From: Candidatus Woesearchaeota archaeon
Lineage (GTDB): Archaea > Nanobdellota > Nanobdellia > SCGC-AAA011-G17 > GW2011-AR20
DNA: 42,586 bases
Assembly: GCA_018303025.1 (NCBI GenBank)
Contig: JAGVYZ010000019.1
Span: 1 to 42,586 of the forward strand
Direction of reading: 5' to 3'
This document shows, in pieces, positions 30,950-40,400 of the stretch (its first letter is position 1; the number at the start of each line of letters is the position of its first letter). The notes under the pieces are model-generated. The model saw nothing but the letters and a program-made list of their open reading frames with translations, was not told the origin of the DNA and made no database searches. A program made the position numbers and the translations under genes.

Positions 30950-31351
30950 ATGAATAAAGACTTGTTAAAAAATAAATGGATTTTAGCTGGTTTACTTTTA
31001 GTAATAGGCATTATTGTTAGTTTAATAATCTGGTTAATCATTAAATTTATCTTTCATTCAGATAGCACTATTGCAAGTGCTATAGGCGGGATTATTGGTG
31101 CTAATATAGTAGGCATGATATATTATTCAAATTTTAAAGAGATTATGCCTAAAACTCTCAGAAGAAATGTTACTTTAATCTATATGTCTTTACAAGTTTT
31201 AATCCTTATATTGGTTATCTTAGTCTATTACTTATTTCTAGGTTTGGGCTTAAACTATATAGTTTTTTTAATTATTTTAAGTATTTTAATCCTTTTTGTT
31301 TATGGATTTATTATTTATCATGGTTTGAAGTATCCTTATAAAATTAAATAA
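30950..31351 (+). CDS. hypothetical membrane protein (about 4 TM)
   Basis: 133-aa ORF dominated by hydrophobic helices. Confidence 0.55.
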   Translation: MNKDLLKNKWILAGLLLVIGIIVSLIIWLIIKFIFHSDSTIASAIGGIIGANIVGMIYYSNFKEIMPKTLRRNVTLIYMSLQVLILILVILVYYLFLGLGLNYIVFLIILSILILFVYGFIIYHGLKYPYKIK

Positions 31352-31360
31352 AAAGAAAAA

Positions 31361-31729
31361 TTATTGCCTTGCTTCTACAGGCAAATTTGCATTTATCCTT
31401 GTTCTTGCACTATCTGGAGTAGAATTATCAAATGGCAAGACATATTCTCCATTTTGAAATATTTCTGCAAATGTGCACCTTGTTGGATAAACCCTGACAT
31501 TTATTTTATCTTGAGTTAATGTACTTGCATTTGGCAAGAATGTCAAATCATAACCCTTGTTTGTTGAATCAATTTGGCCTGGACATGTATATTTGAATAC
31601 ATCCAAACGAGGATTGCCTCTTACTATTTGGGAATAAACAGAAGAAATATCTGATGCTATGCTTGCAGATGCTAAACTAACTGCGAGTGTTAAACTTGTT
31701 GCGAATTTTGCAAATGTTCTCATTATCAA
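31361..31729 (-). CDS. small secreted 2-Cys protein, paralog of 31784..32191
   Basis: Signal peptide MRTFAKFATSLTLAVSLASASIA (likely start at the third codon). It shares the MRTFAK leader, two Cys and the layout of the neighbouring gene. Confidence 0.6.
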   Translation of the reverse strand: MIMRTFAKFATSLTLAVSLASASIASDISSVYSQIVRGNPRLDVFKYTCPGQIDSTNKGYDLTFLPNASTLTQDKINVRVYPTRCTFAEIFQNGEYVLPFDNSTPDSARTRINANLPVEARQ

Positions 31730-31783
31730 TTAATGTAAAAAACTATTTTAAGCATTTCGTTTAATTATTAGAAACCTTAAGGT

Positions 31784-32191
31784 TTATTGATGGTTTCTTG
31801 CTGCTTGTAATTCTGAATCGAATCTTGTTTTAACTGAATCTGGAAAATTTCTAGGAGATTGGTTTAATGGATACCAAGCACCATTAACATAAAAAGTAAG
31901 AGTGTCTGTGCAAATACTGACTGGCGGATGATAATCAGCTTGGACTGTAATTTGAGTAACAGAAGTATCAGAAGGTGTAAATGTTAAACTATGCACTGTA
32001 TATCCAATTTGATTTAATCCTTGTCTGCAATTAGCCTTATACTCTGTTATTTTTAATTCTCCTCTTTTTAGTTGAGAGAAAACTTCTGAAACAGAAGGTC
32101 TTGCTTGTTCTTGTTGTCTGGAAGCGACTCGTGCTGCTGTTAAACTTGCAATTATAGAAAAAATTGCAGCTATTTTTGCAAATGTTCTCAT
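31784..32191 (-). CDS. small secreted 2-Cys protein, paralog of 31361..31729
   Basis: Signal peptide MRTFAKIAAIFSIIASLTAARVA. Arranged in tandem with its paralog. Confidence 0.6.
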   Translation of the reverse strand: MRTFAKIAAIFSIIASLTAARVASRQQEQARPSVSEVFSQLKRGELKITEYKANCRQGLNQIGYTVHSLTFTPSDTSVTQITVQADYHPPVSICTDTLTFYVNGAWYPLNQSPRNFPDSVKTRFDSELQAARNHQ

Positions 32192-32274
32192 GTATTTTTA
32201 GCATATTTGGTTTATATAAACATTTATGTGTTGTATTAGAAATATTTAAATTCTGATATTAAATTATTATAATA

Positions 32275-32772
32275 ATGATTTTAACAAAAAAAGAGATTTT
32301 AGAAGAAATCAAGCTTGGAAATTTAGAGATAAAACCTTTAAATAAAAACCAGATTAATGAGGTTTCTATTGATTTAACATTAGATAATGAGTTTAGGATA
32401 TTTGATAAAAGAGATTTAATTAAATTAGATTCTGATTACAAAAAATTTTCTAAAGTTGTGAAGAAAAAAGAATTAATAATACAACCAGGTGATTTTGTCT
32501 TGGGAATAACTAAAGAGAAAATACATTTGCCTTCGAATATTGCTGGTCTTTTAGAAGGAAGGAGCAGGTTTGCAAGATTAGGGGTTTTAATTCATGTTAG
32601 TGCATCTATTATAAAACCTGGTGTTAATAACAAGCAGGTTCTAGAGATTAAGAATTTGGGTAATTCTGATATTTTATTAAAAGCAGGAACAAGGATATGC
32701 CAGTTATTATTAATGAGGACTGAGAGCAATACTTCTTATCATGGGAAGTTTAAGAAACAGGACAAGATTTAG
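32275..32772 (+). CDS. dcd: dCTP deaminase (dUTPase superfamily)
   Basis: SIDLTLDNEFRIF, GLLEGRSRFARLGVLIHVSA and NKQVLEIKNLG match the Dcd/dUTPase-fold motifs. Confidence 0.8.
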   Translation: MILTKKEILEEIKLGNLEIKPLNKNQINEVSIDLTLDNEFRIFDKRDLIKLDSDYKKFSKVVKKKELIIQPGDFVLGITKEKIHLPSNIAGLLEGRSRFARLGVLIHVSASIIKPGVNNKQVLEIKNLGNSDILLKAGTRICQLLLMRTESNTSYHGKFKKQDKI

Positions 32773-32807
32773 ATAAACTTTTAAGTTCTTTTCTTATTAA
32801 TTTTAAT

Positions 32808-33176
32808 ATGAATAAAAGACAGGTTTATGGAAGTAATTATTTTAAATATGGTTCTTTTGCTACTGCTATTTTGGCAGGTCTTTTGTTTGCTGGAACTTTT
32901 GTAAAAATAGCTTATATATCTCCTTCTCAACCAGCTAATATTTTATCTTTGGAAAGAGAATTAGTTAGAAAATTAAAGAATTCTTCTGATGAACTATCTA
33001 GAAGAAGAGTTACTGTTTCTTTGGATAGTTTAGGGGGGTTACCTGAATATAAAACAGGTAAAGAACAAGAAAGAGAAGACATTGTTAATTATTTGGTTCT
33101 TGGTTTAGAATTTGTAATTTTTACTGCTGGTTTAGTTGGCATGGATTTAAATGATAAATCTAAGGAACATAGTTAA
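32808..33176 (+). CDS. hypothetical membrane protein (2 TM)
   Basis: 122-aa ORF with N- and C-terminal hydrophobic helices. Confidence 0.5.
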   Translation: MNKRQVYGSNYFKYGSFATAILAGLLFAGTFVKIAYISPSQPANILSLERELVRKLKNSSDELSRRRVTVSLDSLGGLPEYKTGKEQEREDIVNYLVLGLEFVIFTAGLVGMDLNDKSKEHS

Positions 33177-33206
33177 TATTATAAGTTTTTTCTTTGTTTA
33201 AACTGA

Positions 33207-33473
33207 ATGAGCAAATATAGCCCTAAAAGATTTGAATTAACATTGCTTATTGGTTTAACTTTGTTTGCTGGCGGGATGACTTCTAGTATAATCAATACTC
33301 TTAATGAATCCAGAAGAGTTAAAAATAATTTAGCTGAAAAAACATTAACAGAAAATGATTATGAAAGAAGAATGTACATGGGTTTTGGAACAGCTGCAGT
33401 AGGTTATATTATTCTTATGTCTGGGATGGTGTACAGTATAAAAGAAAATAATAATTCAGATGAAAATCAATGA
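33207..33473 (+). CDS. hypothetical membrane protein (2 TM)
   Basis: 88-aa ORF with the same layout as the preceding gene: TM, charged linker, TM. Confidence 0.45.
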   Translation: MSKYSPKRFELTLLIGLTLFAGGMTSSIINTLNESRRVKNNLAEKTLTENDYERRMYMGFGTAAVGYIILMSGMVYSIKENNNSDENQ

Positions 33474-34147
33474 TGTTTTAATTTAAACTGTTTTTCTAAG
33501 ATGATAATATAAGTTAAGATGAAAATACCTAGGAAAAATCCTGCTAAAACATCTGAAAACCAATGAACTTTTAGGTATAATCTTGAGAAAGAAATTGTAA
33601 TCATTAATAAAATGTTTATTATTATAAATGAATATCTTATTATTTTGTTTTTTATTTCATTTTTGAAAACATAGATTAAGAAGCCAAAAATTAATGCTGC
33701 AAACAATGCATGACCACTTGGAAAGGAAAATTCTGTTTCTTCTATTAACATATTCATTGGACGGGCTCTTTGTATTAATTCTTTAATTACTGTTTTAAAG
33801 AATAAACCTGCTATTAATGAATAAAACAAGATTCTTGCCCTAATGTAATATTTCTTTTTTATGAAAAAAGCTAATAATATTAATGCTATTATTATTACTG
33901 AAATTGTATTTACTATGTTTGTGAAAAATATCATTAATGTTTTATATGCTAAATTGAAATCTAATTGGTTAATTTTAATGTCTAAATTAAATAGAAATTC
34001 TCTTTGAGTAAAGTAAAAAACAGCTAGTAATAAGATTAAGGAGAGAATGTTTAAGGTTAAAACTGAGTTCTTTAATGGTTTATTCCTTATTTTGTATAAT
34101 AGGAAAAGTTCTGCTATAATGAAAAATATTATTAGGTAGGTGAACAT
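33467..34147 (-). CDS. PAP2-family (type 2 phosphatidic acid/undecaprenyl-PP) phosphatase
   Basis: All three PAP2 motifs are present: KELIQRARP, FPSGHA and SRLYLKVHWFSDV. The protein is polytopic. Confidence 0.8.
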   Translation of the reverse strand: MFTYLIIFFIIAELFLLYKIRNKPLKNSVLTLNILSLILLLAVFYFTQREFLFNLDIKINQLDFNLAYKTLMIFFTNIVNTISVIIIALILLAFFIKKKYYIRARILFYSLIAGLFFKTVIKELIQRARPMNMLIEETEFSFPSGHALFAALIFGFLIYVFKNEIKNKIIRYSFIIINILLMITISFSRLYLKVHWFSDVLAGFFLGIFILTYIIILEKQFKLKHH

Positions 34148-34186
34148 GTAATCTTTAATATTTGTTAATTTAAAAAAGGTTTCTAA

Positions 34187-34819
34187 TCATTGACTTTGGT
34201 CTGTCCAGAATTCAAAGAGCGTATAATCAATTTTTTCTAAGTTTAATATATTTATTATTTCATTGGAATTTTCCAAAGGAACCATAAATGATAAAGGAGT
34301 TAATTGTTTTCCCTTTATTTTTTCCAATATACCTTCTGAAGAGTAAGATTTTTCTTTTCTTCCAAACAAGATTCTTATTATCTTATTTCTTTTTGCTATA
34401 TTTTTTATTGGTTTTATGTTAAAATAAGTATATCCTTTTGTTTTTTCAGGCAATGCTTTATATTTTCCATAAAGCAAAATTCCAGAACTAATGATGCTTC
34501 TTTTTAACTTCCACTTGTCCAAATTTCCAACCTCTATATTTATTGGATTTTTTATGCCCTTTAAAGAGAATATTTCATAGAATTTTGAATTGTAATAAGG
34601 TTTCAATTCATTTTTTATCTTGTTTTTTAATTCTCTTTCTTCATTTTTATTTTTTACATCAAAGAATAAGTCTATATCACTTTCTAATGTTGCTTCATTT
34701 CTTGCTGCTGAACCAAATAATATTATTTCATTTATGTTTATTTCTTCCAGCTTAGGCAGGATAAATGCTATAAATGATTCTGCGTAAGCTATTAACAATT
34801 TATAATTCGAATTTTTCAT
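34187..34819 (-). CDS. nucleotidyltransferase-domain protein (~205-aa paralog family, copy 2; no partner gene)
   Basis: LFGSAARNEATLESDIDLFFDV, GILLYGKYK, and the conserved C-terminal block ILFGR...GILEKIKGKQL....VPLE. Confidence 0.8.
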   Translation of the reverse strand: MKNSNYKLLIAYAESFIAFILPKLEEININEIILFGSAARNEATLESDIDLFFDVKNKNEERELKNKIKNELKPYYNSKFYEIFSLKGIKNPINIEVGNLDKWKLKRSIISSGILLYGKYKALPEKTKGYTYFNIKPIKNIAKRNKIIRILFGRKEKSYSSEGILEKIKGKQLTPLSFMVPLENSNEIINILNLEKIDYTLFEFWTDQSQ

Positions 34820-34892
34820 TTTTGTATAAACTTATAAACGCTATTAAACTTTTCGGATTAATTTATACCTTCTTTTGGTATATTTTATACCT

Positions 34893-35198
34893 TCATCTTT
34901 GAAAATAAGCTATTTCCTGTTGATTTGGTCTTCTTACTTTGCCTGCAATTAGGTAACATGGACTTCCGTGTGTTATACCACATGCTATAAAATTTTCCTG
35001 AGCAATTTCAGGGTTATTATCTTTATTTGAATCAAATAAAAATATTGGATTTACACTAAACTGAGACTCCATGTATATTTTTTCAGGAAAACCATATTTT
35101 AATATTGTTGGAATTGTGCTAACCAAATTATGTATTGGGATTGAAGCTATTAATGCTAATCCACTAATACTACCTAATAACTTTATTTTTCTGTTCAT
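34893..35198 (-). CDS. hypothetical secreted protein (101 aa)
   Basis: N-terminal hydrophobic segment LLGSISGLALIASIPI. Unrecognised. Confidence 0.45.
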   Translation of the reverse strand: MNRKIKLLGSISGLALIASIPIHNLVSTIPTILKYGFPEKIYMESQFSVNPIFLFDSNKDNNPEIAQENFIACGITHGSPCYLIAGKVRRPNQQEIAYFQR

Positions 35199-35208
35199 TT
35201 TTCTCCTA

Positions 35209-35459
35209 TCACTTTCTTTTATTATCTATTAATTCTTTGGGAACACTAATCAGGACTTCATCCTTAGCAACCTTATTTTCCAATCCAAAGTCTTTTGGAT
35301 TTAATAGTTTAAATAGTTTACCAATTATTAAGTAAGTATCTTCTAGTTTTATTTTACTAGTTTTTACTTTAACTTTTTTATTTTGTAAATTGCTGGACAT
35401 CCTCCAAGTACACACAATATATTCTCTGGTGTTATCTCCTTTAGTTCATATTTTTCCAT
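35209..35459 (-). CDS. small gene split over two frames at an A_AAA_AAG heptamer (candidate -1 frameshift, or indel/pseudogene)
   Basis: Frame A (ATG at 35459) gives MEKYELKEITPENILCVLGGCPAIYKIKKLK and then a stop at 35364-35366. The -1 frame continues VKVKTSKIKLEDTYLIIGK...VPKELIDNKRK down to 35209. The frames switch at aaaaaag (35373-35379). Confidence 0.5.
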
Positions 35460-35593
35460 TTTTCTTCACCTTTATTTATAGTTTTATGTTATATATAGAA
35501 ATTCCTTCTTAATTTTCCTTAAAACCTAAATAAAAAAGCTAATTAGTTTAGTAAAATAGGAATATTTATAAATAACTAACTAATTACCAGTAT

Positions 35594-36541
35594 ATGAAAC
35601 TGGATGAAACAGACAGGAAATTGCTAGCTTATTTGTATCATAATTATAGAGAGCCCCTAACTAAAATAGCAAAAGAGTGCAGGATTTCAAGAGACCAGGT
35701 TGATTATAGACTAAAGAAGTATGAAAAAGATGGAGTTATACAAAAATACTTTACTATTTTTAATTATAACTCTTTAGGTTATAATTATTTTATTAATCTT
35801 TTTATTAAAACTAAGACTAGAAATGAAAATTTAATCAATAAACTAAAAGAAATAAAAAATGTAATTTCTTTTGGCGATATTGTTTCTAATTATGATTTTT
35901 TTATTACTATGGTTGTTTATGATCTGGTTGAATTCCAGGAAATTTATTATAATCTATTAAATGAATTTAAAGAAGATATTGAAGAGTCTGATTATTTTAT
36001 AATAACAAATGGGTTATTATTTCCTATCAAGATGTTTGGAAAATACAAGGATGAAAATTATAATTTAATTGGAAAAAATGAAAAAGCAAAAATAGATAAT
36101 GAAGAAATTAAGATATTAAAAGCTTTAGAAAAAAATAGCAGGATAAGGATTGTTGATTTGGCTAAAGAAGTCAAAATGTCTCCTGAATTAATTTTGTATA
36201 AACTGAAGCAATTAAAAAATAAAGGCATTATTTTGGGTTCCAGAATCCAGTTTAATATGAAATTACTAGGATTTTATTTTGCTGTTATAAGATTTAATCT
36301 AAAAATTTTGAATAAAAAAGAAATGCACAAGATTAGTGAGTATAGCAAACAGCATAAATATGTAAATAGTGTTTCTTTTGGGATTTCTGATTATAACTGT
36401 ATGATACAGATATTTTACCAGAATGAAGAAGAGTTAAGGAATAGTGTTTTGGACATAAAAAATGGGCTAAAGGGCAATATAAATAAATTAGAGGTTATAC
36501 ATGTTGGAGAAGATGAATTTATTAAAACCTTGCCAATATGA
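35594..36541 (+). CDS. tandem-duplicated Lrp/AsnC-family transcriptional regulator
   Basis: Two HTH_AsnC-type N-domains (DETDRKLLAYLYHNYREPLTKIAKECRISRDQVDYRLKKYEKDGVI and DNEEIKILKALEKNSRIRIVDLAKEVKMSPELILYKLKQLKNKGII). Each is followed by a RAM/ACT-like segment. Confidence 0.75.
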   Translation: MKLDETDRKLLAYLYHNYREPLTKIAKECRISRDQVDYRLKKYEKDGVIQKYFTIFNYNSLGYNYFINLFIKTKTRNENLINKLKEIKNVISFGDIVSNYDFFITMVVYDLVEFQEIYYNLLNEFKEDIEESDYFIITNGLLFPIKMFGKYKDENYNLIGKNEKAKIDNEEIKILKALEKNSRIRIVDLAKEVKMSPELILYKLKQLKNKGIILGSRIQFNMKLLGFYFAVIRFNLKILNKKEMHKISEYSKQHKYVNSVSFGISDYNCMIQIFYQNEEELRNSVLDIKNGLKGNINKLEVIHVGEDEFIKTLPI

Positions 36542-36580
36542 TAAGTATCTATGTTACTTATAACATAAATTATGTGATAA

Positions 36581-36703
36581 ATCACAGAAAAGTATTTAAA
36601 TTTATTTAACAGGTTATGCTATGGAAAAGAAAAGAAAGCAGATATTGTAAATTCTGCAATAAAAAATTTATTTGAACTGAAAAAACTGGAGGAAGAAGAA
36701 TGA
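36581..36703 (+). pseudogene. C-terminal remnant of an NTase partner (HEPN-like) gene
   Basis: A 40-codon open stretch with no start codon reads EKYLNLFNRLCYGKEKKADIVNSAIKNLFELKKLEEEE. It parallels the C-terminus of 2785..3183 (EEKRNILCYGKPQKLELIQEVIENLNKLKELF). Its TGA overlaps the NTase ATG (ATGA). Confidence 0.6.
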
Positions 36704-37332
36704 AAGAGATAATTGCATATGTTTATGACTTTTTGTCTATGGTTTTTGAAGATGAAGTTAAGGAAAAAATAAAGGAAGTTATTTTATTTGGCTCTGTTGC
36801 AAAAGGCACTTTTGACAAAAAAAGCGATATTGACTTATTTTTTAATATTAAAGAAAAGAAAGATGAGAAAGAGATAGAAGAGAAACTGAAAAGTATATTA
36901 AAAAGTTTTGAAGTAAAATCAGAAAAAACATGGGCTTTAAAAAATATTAAACTTCCTATAAGCTTTATTGCTGGAAATTTAGAAGATAAAACCTGGAAGA
37001 ACATAAAGGAGGAGATTATAAGCTCTGGAATTTTGCTTTATGGAGAATACAAAGAAAATCCTGAAGGTTTAAATCATAATTATTTATTTTATTATTCATT
37101 AAGTAATTTGCATAGAAAGAATAAAATGAAATTTATAAGAATAATGTTTGGTTATAGTTTAAAAAAAGGCAGTAGTAATTATGAGCAAGAAGGTCTTTTG
37201 AAACAAATCAAGGGCTTAAAATTAGGTTCAAATGCAATTTTAATTCCCTCTTATGAGATTCTTAAAATAAAAAAAGTATTTAATGATTTTAAGATTAATT
37301 ATAAGATTATTGAAGCATGGCTGAGATTATAA
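36700..37332 (+). CDS. nucleotidyltransferase-domain protein (~205-aa paralog family, copy 3)
   Basis: LFGSVAKGTFDKKSDIDLFFNI, GILLYGEYK, and the C-terminal block IMFGY...GLLKQIKGLKLGSNAILIP. Confidence 0.8.
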   Translation: MKEIIAYVYDFLSMVFEDEVKEKIKEVILFGSVAKGTFDKKSDIDLFFNIKEKKDEKEIEEKLKSILKSFEVKSEKTWALKNIKLPISFIAGNLEDKTWKNIKEEIISSGILLYGEYKENPEGLNHNYLFYYSLSNLHRKNKMKFIRIMFGYSLKKGSSNYEQEGLLKQIKGLKLGSNAILIPSYEILKIKKVFNDFKINYKIIEAWLRL

Positions 37333-37423
37333 CAGGGGAATATTTAAAAAGTAAGCCTTTCTTTTAAAGAAAGCCTTAAGGGAAAGAATAAAAAGAAGAG
37401 TTTATTAAAAATAGTGGTGATAA

Positions 37424-40400
37424 ATGACAAAAATAACGAGCTTATATGCTAAAGGATTCAAATCATTTGCAAAACCTACTGAATTAATGTTTTCTGATGG
37501 ATATAATTGTATTATAGGACCAAATGGCGCAGGAAAAAGCTTGTCTTACGATACAGTAGTTACTTTATCTAATGGAAAAGAGATAGAAATAGGTAAATTA
37601 GTAGAAGACAAGTTAAAAGAATCTAAGGAAATAAAAACATTAAAAGATGGAATTTATGTTGATGGTGATGATCTTTCTATAATTTCTATAAATCCAATAA
37701 CAATGAAGGCAGAGGAAATTAAAATTGCTAAATATGTTAAAAGAGAAGGCGAGAAGTTATATAAAATAGCTACAAGAAGCGGAAAAGAAGTAAAAGCAAC
37801 AGGATGTCATCCGGTCATGGTTTTCAAGGAAGGTGTATTAAAGAGTGTTCTAATTAATGAGATTAATGTCCATGATTATATTGTAACTCCAAGAAAAATA
37901 GTTACTAATTCCAAAACTGGATTTGATAAAGATGAAGGAAGATTACTTGGACTTCTTATTGGTGATGGAGTAATTTCAGAGAGAATTATTAGATTTACAA
38001 ATCAGGATGAGAATATTATCAATAATATGATAGAAATCTTAGACAATAGGTTTAAGATAAAAACTAAAAAAAATCATTACAAGCCTGGAAATACAATTGA
38101 TTTATATTGGTATGATAAATCACTTCTTAATTGGACAAAAAAATTATTTTCAGGATCTCTTAATGCAGAAAATAAATTTATTCCTAATCAGATATTAGAA
38201 TCAGATTTGAATGTGGTAGGAAATTTTTTAGCTGGATTATTTGACACTGATGGAAGTGTTAGAAAAGATTTAGCTATAATTGAATTTTGCTCTAAGAGCA
38301 AGCAATTAAGTTATCAAGTACAAAGATTATTGTTAAGATTTGGAATTTTATCCAAAGTAAAGAAAAGAATGTGCTGTGCAAGTAATACTATAAATAAAAC
38401 AAAAAGAGAATACTTTTATGTTTATATTTACGGCTATGAGAATATAAAGAAATTTTATATGAATATTCCTTTAAAATGCCAACATAAAAAAGAAAATCTG
38501 GAATTATTATTAAACAAAAATGTTATTGCAAATCCAAATGTTGATTTATTGCCTAAAGAGACTAATATATTAGTTAAAAATGCTGTAAAGCTATTAGGAA
38601 TAAAAGTCAAATTATTAAGGAAAGATTATCCTAAATTATCTGCTTATGTTGAAAACAGATGCAATCCAACAAGAAATGGTTTAAATGAAATATTGCCTAT
38701 TTTAGACAATAAATTAATGCTTTTGTATGATTCTAAACTTGGAATAAAAAAAGAAGTCTTTGGATTAATTAATTTAATGGACAATATGCATATTTCTGGA
38801 AGAAGTGCAAGTTCTTCTTTGGGTTTAAGTAATCAGGTTGTAAGAACACATTGGGCTTCTGGAAAGTTTTTACCTAAAGAAGAGAATTTAAATTATTTTT
38901 ATGAATTCATTAAAGAGACTGTAACTGAGAGATTAGAAGAATTAAAACAAGTAATGAATTCTTTGCATTATCTGGCTGAATCTGACATTTTCTGGGATGA
39001 AGTTAAGGAAGTAAAAGAAGTAGAAGAAGAAAAATATGTTTATGATTTAACTATTCCTGAAAATCATAATTTTATTGGAAATGGGATATTTGTGCATAAT
39101 AGCAATATTGTTGATTTAATTACATTTGTTTTAGGAAAAAGCTCTGCAAAAGCAATGAGGGCTGAGAAATCACCTCATTTGATTTATAATGGCGGGAAGT
39201 CTAAAGATCCTGCCAAAGAAGCTGTTGCTACTATTACTTTTGACAATACTAATCATGAATTTGCTTCAAAAGAGAAAGAGGTTAAGGTTTCAAGAGTAAT
39301 AAAACAGTCTGGAAATTCTGTTTATAGACTAAATAATGATGTTGTTACAAGACAGCAAATTTTAGATTTATTAAATTCTGCTAAAATTGACCCTGATGGA
39401 CATAATATTGTTCTACAAGGTGATATTGTACACTTTATGGATATGAAACCATATGAAAGAAGAAAGATATTAGAGGAAGTTGCTGGTATTTCTGTTTATG
39501 ATGAGAAAAAAGAGAAATCTCTTCATGAATTAGAGAAAGTTGATGTTAAGCTAAATGAAGCTGACATTATATTAAAAGAAAGAGGAAATTACCTTAAAGA
39601 ATTAAAGAATGACAGAGATGATGCTTTAAGGTATAAAGAAGCTCAGGATGAGATTAAGAGGAATAAAGCTACTTTGCTTAATTTGCAGATTAAAGCTAAG
39701 GAAGAGTTGAAAAACGATATTGAGAAAAGAATTTCACAAAGCGAGGAAGAGAAAGGCAAAATACAAGAAAAGATCGATTCTTTGAAAACAGAGATTGTTG
39801 ATAATAAGAATGAGATTAAAAAAATAAATGCTGAGATTGATACTAAAGGAGAGAAAGAGCAGGTAGAGGTACATCATTCTGTTGAAGAGTTAAGAACATC
39901 TATTATTAAAAAAGAATCCAGGATATCAATATTAGAGAATGAGATACAAAGAGTTAATGAAAGGAAGAAACAGTTAAGGGTTAGTCATAATGAAACTAAT
40001 GCTAAGATTAGTTCATTAGAGAAAGAGATTAATAATTTAGAAAGGAAAAATGAAGTTTCTGAAAAAGAATTGAAAAGGATTGAGAATGAGATTTTAAGGT
40101 TTAAAGAGAAAAACAATATTACTGATTATGATTCATTAGACAAAAGCCAGGATGAGTTTTTGAAATTAAAAGATGAACAGCAGAGAGTTTTAAGAGAGAA
40201 TGATAAATTAGTATATCAACTAAATGAGATTGATTCAAAATTAGCTAATTCCAAAAATGTAGATAATAAAGATTTAAGGAAGAAGTTCAAAGAAGCTACT
40301 GCTGCTTTGTCTAAAGCATTAAATGATGATGCAATGTATGCTTCTCTTTTAGGTAGGGGAAGAAGAGAGGTTGTTGAAAAAGAAGAGGAATTAGCTAAAA

